Of a stretch of 64,000 nucleotides of DNA, positions 55,220-64,000 are shown piece by piece. Below the pieces are notes generated by a model that saw only the letters and a program-made list of their open reading frames with translations, was not told the origin of the DNA and did no database searches. This DNA is from the human T2T-CHM13v2.0 reference genome, Homo sapiens. Made by a program: the position numbers and the translations under genes. The DNA lies in assembly GCF_009914755.1 (NCBI RefSeq), contig NC_060927.1. One strand, 5' to 3'. How positions within the stretch are numbered: the stretch's first letter is position 1; every line of letters begins with the position of its first letter.

Positions 55220-55430
55220 TACATGATCTGGCCCTCACCTACCTGCTATCATAGTACGTATTATTTGTTTAGCTGTTTGCCTGTCTCTCCTCCTAGATTG
55301 CAAGCTCCATAAAAGATAGGACTTTGTCTTATTACACTCTATCCCTAGAGTCCAGAATATCAGTACCTGGCACATAGTAGAGCTCAACACATATTTGAAT
55401 AATGAATCAAACAGTAAATGAGTGAATGAG
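55220..55430 (+). mobile_element. L2 3' end
   Basis: ctagattgcaagctcc...cctggcacatagtag...tgaataatgaat. Confidence 0.65.
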
Positions 55431-55597
55431 ACACAGTTGGAAATTGTGTTCTCCACTAACACTAGGGTAAAAGGATTCCATTACGTGTGTACGTTAGTTG
55501 AACCAGGCAGTCCAATATGTAAGTGGTTGTGTTTATCACCAGAAAGTTTAAGAAAATTTAAGAGGCTATTTGCATAAACTTGTATCTCATGACACTA

Positions 55598-58500
55598 TTT
55601 TTTAATTATAATTTGTATTTTAGGTCTAGGTGTACACGTGCAGGTTGGTTATGCAGGCAAACTGCATGTCATGGGGGTTTGGCATACATATTATTTTGCC
55701 ACCCAGATAATAAGCATAGTACTAAATAAGTATTTTTTTCCGATCCTTTCCCATCCTTTACTTTCAAGTAGGCCTCAGTGCCTGTTGTTCCCCTCTTTGT
55801 GTCCATGTGTTCTTGTTGTTTGGCTCCCACTTATAAGTGAGAACATGTGGTATTTGTTTTTCTGTTCCTGTGGTAGTTTGCTTAGGATAAAGGCCTCCAG
55901 CTTCATCTATGTTGCTGCAAAGGACATGATCTTGTTCTTTTTTATGGCTGTATAGTATTCCATGGTATATATTTACTACATTTTCTTTGTCCATTCTAAT
56001 GTTGTTGGGCATTTAGGTTGATTCCATGTCTTTGCTATTGTGAGTAGTGCTGCAATGAATGTACACATGCATGTGTCTTTATGGTAGGATGATTTATATT
56101 CTTTTGGGTAAATAATAATGGGATTGCTGGGTTGAATGGTGATTCTGTTTCCAGTTCTTTGAGGTATCACCACACTGCTTTCCACAATGGCTGAACTAAT
56201 GTACAGTCCCACCAGGAGTGTGCAAATGTTCTCTTTTCTCTACAACCTCACTAGCATCTGTTATTTTTTGACTTTTAATAATAGCCATTCTGACTGTATC
56301 TCACTGTGGTTTTGATTTTAATTTCTCTAATCAGTGATTTTGAGCAGTTTTAAATAATACAAAACTGCGTTTAACACTACAAAAAATATAAGTGTTTGTT
56401 GTGCTTCTCTCCCTGGGTTTCATGGGAGGACTGCAGGGCTCCTCTGACCTGTAGCGCAACACAGGGTTGACAGCCTGGGCGTAGGGGATGCCGCTGGATT
56501 AAAAAATGAGAATGAGGCCCCTCTGGTGAGGTCTATGTACATGAGGGTGAGAGGTGGGTTACAAGCATGGGGGCATCAGAAAGGGGAGGGTTGTATGGAG
56601 TGGGATTGAGCATATTTTCTTATGCCTGCTGGCCATGTATATATCTTCTTTTGAAAATTGTTCATATCCTTTGCACACATTTTAATGTGGTTGTTTTTGG
56701 CTTGTAAGTTTGCTTAAGTTCCTTAAGATTCTAGATATCAGACATTTGTTGGATATATAGTTTGCAAATATTTTCTCCCATTCTGTATGTTGTCTGTTTA
56801 CTCTGTTGATAATTTCTTTTGCTGTGCAGAAGCTCTTTAGCTTAATTGGGTCTGTCAATGTTTGTGTTGCAATCGCCTTTGTCATCTTTCTCATGAAATC
56901 CTTGCCAAGTCCTATGTCCAGAATGGTGTTTCCTAGGTTATCCTCCAGGGTTTTTATGCTTCTAGATTTTACATTTAAGTCTTTAATCCATCTTGAGTTG
57001 ATTTTTGTATATGGTATAAGGAAGGGGCCCAGTTTCAATCTTCTGCATATGGCTAGCCAGTTCTCCCAGTACCATTTATTGAATAGGGAGTCTTTTCCTC
57101 ATTGCTTGTTTTTGTTGGCTTTGTCAAAGATCAGATAGTTGTAGGTGTGTGGCTCTATTTCTGGGCTCTCTATTCTGTTCCATTGGTCTAGAGTCTGTTT
57201 TTATGCCAGTACCATGCTGTTTTGGTTACTATGGCCTTGTAATATAGTTTGAAGTCACATAAGGTGATGCCTTCAGCTTTGTTCTTTTTGCTTAGGATTG
57301 TCTTAGCTATTCATATTCTTCTTTGGTTCTGTATAATTTTAAAATAGTTTTTTTCTATTTCTGTGAAGAATGTCATTGGTAGTTTGATGGAAATAGCATT
57401 CAATCTGTAAACTGCTTTGGGCAGCATGGCCATTTTAACAACATTGATTCTTCCTGTCCATGAGCATGGAATGTTTTCCTATTTGTGTCATCTCTGCTTT
57501 CTTTGAGCAGTGTTTTGTAATTCTCATTTTAGAGATTGTTCACCTTCCTGGTTAGCTGTATTCCTAGATATTTTTATTTTTACATTTTTGTGGCAATTGT
57601 GAATGGGATTGCATTCCTGATTTGGCTCTCGGCTTGTATGTTGTTGGTGTATAGGAATGCTACTGATTTTTGTATTTCAATTTTGTATCCTAGAACTTTG
57701 CTAAAGTTGTTTATCAGATCAAGGAGCTTTTGGGCAGAGACTACTGGGTTTTTTAGATATAAAATCTTGTCATTTGCAAACAGGGATAGTTTGACTTCCT
57801 TTCTTCATATTTGGATGCCTTATATTTCCTTCTCTTGCCTGGTTGCTCTAGCCAGGACTTCCAGTACTATGTTGAATGGGATTGGTGATAGAGGGCATCC
57901 CTGTATTCTGGTTTTCAAGGGGAAGGCTTCCAGCTTTTGCCTATTCAGTATGATATTAGCTGTGAGTCATAGATAGCTGTTATTATTTTGATGTACATTC
58001 CCTCAATCCCTGGTTTGTTGAGGGTTTTTAACATGAAGGTATATTGAATTGTATCAAAAGCCTTTTCTCCATTTATTGAGATAATCATGTAGTTTTTGTT
58101 TTTAGTTCTATTTACATGACGAATCACATTTATTGATTTGTATATGTTGAACCAACCTTGCATCCCAGAGATAAGGCCTACTTGATTGTGGTGAATTAGC
58201 TTTTTGATGTGCTACTGGATTCGCTTTGCTAGTATTTTGTTGATGATTTTTACATTTATGTTCAACAAGAATATCAGCCTGAAGTTTTCTTTTTTCGTTG
58301 TGTCTCTGCCAGGTTTTGGTATCAGGATGATGCTGGCCTCGTAGAATGAGTTAGGGAGAAGTCCCTCTACCTCACCTTTTAGGAATAGTTTCAGTAGGAA
58401 TGATATCAGCTCTTCTTTATACATCTGATAGAATTTGGCTTTGAATCTTTCTGGTCCTGGCTGTTTTTTGGTTGGTAGGCTTTTTATTATTGAGTCAACG

Positions 58501-59340
58501 TTGGAGCTTGTTATTGGTCTGTTCAGGGATTCAATTTCTTTGTGGTTCATTCTTGGGAGGTTGTTTGTGTCCAGGAATTTATCTATTACTTCTGGATCTT
58601 CTAGTTTGTGTGCATAGAGGTGTTCATAGTAATCTCTGAGAGGTCTTTTTGTATTTCTGTGGGGTCAGTGGTAATGCCCCCTTTTTCATTTCTCATTGTG
58701 TTTATTTGGATCTTCTCTCCTTTTTTTGTATTGGTCTAGCTGACTAGTCTATCTTATTTTGGCAAAGAACAAATTCCTTGATTTGTTGATCTTCTGTATG
58801 ATTTTCTGTATCTCAGTTTCCTTCAGTTCAGCTCTGATTTTGGTTATTTCTTGTCTTCTGCTAGCTTTGGGGTTGGTTTTCTCTTGCATTTATTGCTATA
58901 AACTTCCCTCTTAACACTGCCTTATCTGCGTCCCAGAGATTCTGGTATGTTGTATCTTTGTTCTTATTAGTTTCAAAGAATTTCTTGATGTCTGCCTTAA
59001 TTTCATTATTTACCCAAAAGTCATTCAGGAGCAGGTTGTTTAACTTCCATGTAATTATATGGTTTTGGGTGATTTTCTTAGCACTAGTTTTTATTTTTAT
59101 TTCAGTGTGGTCCAAGACTGTGGTTGATATGATTTTGTTTTTTTTCTAATTTGCTGAGGATTGTTTTATTTCTGATTGTGTGGTCAATTTTATGGTATAT
59201 GCCATGTGGCGATGAGAAGAATGAATATTCTGTTGTTTTGAGATGGAGAGTTCTCTATATGTCTATTAAATCAAGTGTTCAAGTACAGGTTCTGAGTATC
59301 TTTGTTAATTTCCTGCCTGCATGATCTGCCTAATACTGTC
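55598..59340 (-). mobile_element. Older primate L1 (L1PA13-16-like), ~3.7 kb with broken ORF2, interrupted at about 56352-56605
   Basis: Minus-strand ORF2 pieces: [61 protein letters not shown]. Confidence 0.92.
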
Positions 59341-60569
59341 ATGATACTGTTTTAAAGCATGTTAATTATTGCTTGTGAAGATATTTGTTTTTAATTTTGA
59401 TGAAGGTGCTTCTTCAAAAAGCATAAAAACTTTAAAATGTCATGGTAGAAATAACTTGATGAAAATAACTATTTCGCATTCATATCCTTGAATCAATAAA
59501 AGCTTGCTGGTACCATAAATTGAAATTTGTTAAAGATGGAAATGCCAAGAAAAACATATATCATGTGATTATCTCATCTGTTTATATAAAATATGGAGAT
59601 GTGAGTGGGTGGAAATCCAAAATCTTGGTATTTCTCTTGGTCTAGAATCCAAAATTGCATCCACTGGCTGTGCAGAGCACGTCTGTGAATGAGTACCCTT
59701 TAATCTTGCTTTGGCAAGATTGGTCATGGCCATAAATCTTTCAGCCTCTTGGCATTGTCAGAGTTAGTCAGAAGGTACCACTTCTCTCTAGTCTACGTCT
59801 ACCATTTTTCTGACTGGAAAACATGGTTTTTCTTTCTGTGCTTGGTTTTCTTGAAATACCTTTGTCAGTACAGTGAAAATGCTATTTCAAAGATGTGTAC
59901 AATTTTTTATGTTTAGGACATGGATGAATGGGGTCACAAAGTTGTTGTGTCCAAAAGAAAGCCACAGAGATGAACACAATCAGATACACAAGAGAGTATT
60001 ATTCTTCACCGGTTCTATAAATTCCCTGCCATAGGTTTCATATTGTTTTACAGCACACAAGGACCAGCCACTGGAATAGAATAACATGAGTGCTTTGTAA
60101 TTTCAGGATTTGAAGTTTTTCTTAGGATATACGTTTAAGAAAAGATGTGATTTCTGTTGACAATGTTCTGAAGGCTTATTTAACTGGCATTCTGTATAAA
60201 TCAAATGTGTGCTAATCCAGCCAAGTATATGACTATGATACAAAAGAATACAGTCCATGGCACAATGAAAAGGAAGAAAGAGCTTTGAAAGGAATGGCAT
60301 ATTCTTTTCTACCTTCCTTCATTCCCCCTTTGGTTTACCTTAAGGTCCTATTTTAATTTAATCAATGCCTGAAAAAAAAAAAAAAAAAAAGGATGGAAAA
60401 TCAGACACAAAAATACAAATTTCAATTGAAGCTGTAATTATTTTTTAAATACTTATGCTTTCTTAGTGAATGAATCACTAGTGGCTTGTACAATATCAAG
60501 AAAGTTCGGAGATGTTCAATGCAGTTTGGAGTCCGGAGTAGAATTTCTGTTTTTGTCTTTACAAAGCAT

Positions 60570-60820
60570 AGCACAGTGGTAAATGGTATACGGTCTGGAG
60601 CCAGACTGCCTAGCATTGATTCCTAACTTTGTACCTTACTAGCTCTGTGACCTTGGGGAATTTATGTAACCACCTTGTGCTTCAGTTTTTTACTGTAATT
60701 ATAAGGATGGTAATAGTAGCTACCTCATTGGATTGTTGTGAAAATTAAACCATTTAATGTATGTAGGTGCTTAGAACATTGCCTGCAGTCACAAGCTCTA
60801 TGTGTTTGTTATTGCTACTA
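60570..60820 (+). mobile_element. MIR SINE
   Basis: ctggagccagactgcc...tgtgaccttgggg...gtgcttagaaca. Confidence 0.7.
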
Positions 60821-62009
60821 TATTGTATCAGTATTACCTAATTTAATGGGAGTATTTTGTGCTCAAAGAATGCAGGTCACCATTCCAAGAAAGGCCATGA
60901 TAGTAATATAACAATACGTAACCTGTAGTAATCAACAAGTTTCATCATTCTGTATAAGCTAAGTTTGGTGGTCCATTAGCCATTCCTTTTACTCATTTAA
61001 CAAACATTTACTAAGTGCTGCTTGTGTGTTGGGCCCTATTCTAGGATACAAGGATGAATGAGGTATAGACTCTAGCCTCACGTATACCCAATCTCATAAA
61101 GGAGACTCATACAAACAAACAATTGACATGTGACCTGCTGAATGTTAAAAGAGAATTATACTCAATGTAGAGTGATGTGGTAAAGAATGGAGTTAAATGA
61201 GATGAGCGTATTTGGTTTTGCTGAATGAGCAGGTGTTTTCCGGGTAACCAAGGAAAGGCAGGCATGCAGAAAGAGGATGGAACCAAGTTACACAGAGATA
61301 TCAAGGTGAGTTTTGGGAACCACAAATGGCTCAATATGGTTGGAGTGTAGAATGCATGGAGAAGTATTAGAAGTTAAGGTTAAGGACTAGTACTGTCAAG
61401 ATTGACATCTCAGATGTTTTGGGGTTTGTTCTTGCATTAGCTCACCATTTGATGGCCTCTTGATTTTTGTTTTCTTAGACTTAGCTGATATCTAACTTTT
61501 AAAGAAGCTCAGCACTTGATCTCCTTGTTTCTTTCCACCTTGATATTTGTTCATTGTGAGTTTTCATACATTACCCCCACACAAATAAAAACAAGTGACA
61601 AGGATTCCTTTTAAGTGTGGGAACACCCTGTACCTCTTCTACCCTGCCTTATCTAATCCAAAGTCAAGGTGTCCTTGGCAATGCCCCAACCATTAAACCT
61701 AAACTCCCAAGTGCAATCTCTTCTGATAAGGTGCTAAGCACAATTTTCAAATAATCGTTAACCTCTAAACACTTCTTTCCTATCCTTGCTTAACACTAAA
61801 GCAGTTGTGGTTGCCAAGGGCTCTGTAACTAATACTCAACCTGAGGAAAAAAAGTGGGACAATCAAGTCCCACTTTTGGAGGTTTGATGTGGCCCCAGCC
61901 TTATGCATCAAGTTTGGAGAGCCACATTTTTTTTAGAACTCCAATCTGGGCTAATGCATAGATGGTAAGAGTTTGGGAATCCTGTCCCACACAAGGGCCT
62001 CAGAGCAGC

Positions 62010-62240
62010 AGGCATAGTGGCTGGGACTTTAGTCTTTAGAGTCAGATACAATTAGGTTCATTTCCCATCTAATCCTCTTATTAACTGAGCAATTTGGATG
62101 TAAATGCCTTGAGAAACTGTTTTTGATCAGTAAATGGGGTTAATAACAGGCATCTCACTGTGTTGTAAAAATAGAAGACTATTTACCACTCAGCACAGTG
62201 CCTTGCACAAAATATGAATGCTCAATAAAAGGCAGCCATT
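62010..62240 (+). mobile_element. MIR SINE
   Basis: tttagagtcagat...gtaaatggggttaataa...agcacagtgcc. Confidence 0.55.
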
Positions 62241-63701
62241 ACATCAAAGCCAAAGAAGATTTGATCTCTAGCTAATGCCCTTCCCCTTTAAATGCCCTAA
62301 GCTTCTCTTAACCCTCCATAGCTATTCTTGATCTCAAGTCAACTAAGCTCTTTCATTCTTTGATATCTTTCTGAGGGTGACAATTTTTTTGTCTTTCTTT
62401 TAGAAACCACCAGTGTGATTCCTTATCTAACCAGCAGTGTTTGAGTAGGTGATTTATCTGGGTAACCATTCACTGAGGCTTGAGCCTTATTCATCTAAGT
62501 CACAAACCTCACTTTGGTACTTTGCAAGATCCTGCATGGGAAACACAATCAGGTTTTCTGATTCTCTAATGGCAAGGTCCTGTATGTATCCAACCATCTA
62601 CTCATCCAAGACATTTTTTATTTTGAAAGTTCTTAAAACAGGATAATCTCTCATTGTTCTTGTGTGTGTTTGAGGTAACTACACATGAAATAATCTCCCA
62701 AAATCATCCTCTGTCTCAGAATTTATGTCTGAATGAAGAATGGAGAGTAGGCTTCTAGACAGATCTTCCAATTTATACATTGCTTTTCAGGACAATTAGA
62801 ATCTCTCTACTTCTCTGTGCAGTGCATGAAAATTTCATATGGAAAACCAACAAATTAAACACAGTAGTTCATCCCTCTTGAGAATCTTTCCTGGGTAGAT
62901 AAATGGATGGGTTGATGGGTTCTAGGTATCCTATGATGCGCCAGAGATATGAATTAATAGGACGTGCCCGTTAAAGAAGTATACAGTCTAGTCTCTAAGG
63001 AATGAGAAAGAGAAATACACTAACAATTACTTACAGCGTAGAGGAATCGGGGGGACAAGCATGAGACCCAACACAGCTAGGAAGTTTGAGTATTCTTCCT
63101 GAAACAGTGATGCTAAAGGTAGGATTTTTCAGAGGAGGGAGATTGTACCTCTCCCTAGAGGGAAAAAAATGGACCAGCTGAGGGAAAAATTTGCATGAGT
63201 GTGGAGACGTAAGACAAACATTTGATGAATCACTTGCTTTGATGTGCCTGAACATAAAGCGATGGAAGTAGTCACAGAAAATGAGGCTGCAGAGGCATGC
63301 AATTCCAACATTTTGAGGGATTTTGCATATTAAGAAGACCTTAAACTTTATTCTGAAAGATATTCAGAATTTCAGACAAAGTGGTAACATCAGCCTGACA
63401 TTTTAAATCTCTCTCTAAAAAGGGTGGAGAATGGATTAGAGGAAGACCTGGCTACAGTTAGGAGAGCCAAGAATTTAGGCAGGATGCAAGATGGGCCTGA
63501 AGGCAAGTAATGGGAATGGAAGAGGGAGGGGTACAGAAAGTAGACAGATTCTACTGTGGGCCTTGTAGCTGAGGGGTTTTGAGAAGTGAGGTAGTGGAAG
63601 GGTCTAGGATAATTCTCAGGTTTCTGGCATGGGTCTCAATGGTAGTAAAGGGTGATACTATTCCTTGATGAAAAGAAAATGAGACTGGAAGCATGATTTA
63701 G

Positions 63702-63980
<279 letters not shown>

Positions 63981-64000
63981 TAATATATGGCTCTGGTGTT

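Noticed and set aside
55764-59149. ORFs with reverse-transcriptase/endonuclease-like peptides
   Set aside because: Broken ORF2 pieces of an old L1, not a functional or new RT system.

Overview
Human genomic DNA (an AluYb8 with its diagnostic positions is present) covering the 5' part of COL6A6, the collagen VI alpha-6 chain, on the + strand. I traced 22 coding exons by hand through canonical GT/AG junctions with consistent phases; they total 4815 nt, or 1605 codons. They encode a signal peptide, six single-exon VWA domains (N7-N2), a seventh VWA (N1) split over three exons, a Cys-rich linker, and the first ~214 residues of the Gly-X-Y helix. The gene continues past the window, and the promoter and first non-coding exon are probably upstream of it. 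The introns hold typical human repeats (Alu, L1, THE1/MST/MLT, LTR16, MER, MIR, L2). I do not see a new multi-gene system. The best unexplained structures are: an AluY+L1 composite inside one target-site duplication; a non-L1 ~250-bp insert inside an old L1; a ~100-bp direct repeat bracketing an in-frame exon pair; a nested fold-back palindrome carrying two AP-1 sites; tandem NF-kB motifs; a candidate 25-nt 5'UTR micro-exon with a uORF; and inverted L1/Alu pairs around a 435-nt block of phase-0 collagen exons. Repeat subfamilies and the ends of old repeats are recognised by eye and are approximate.
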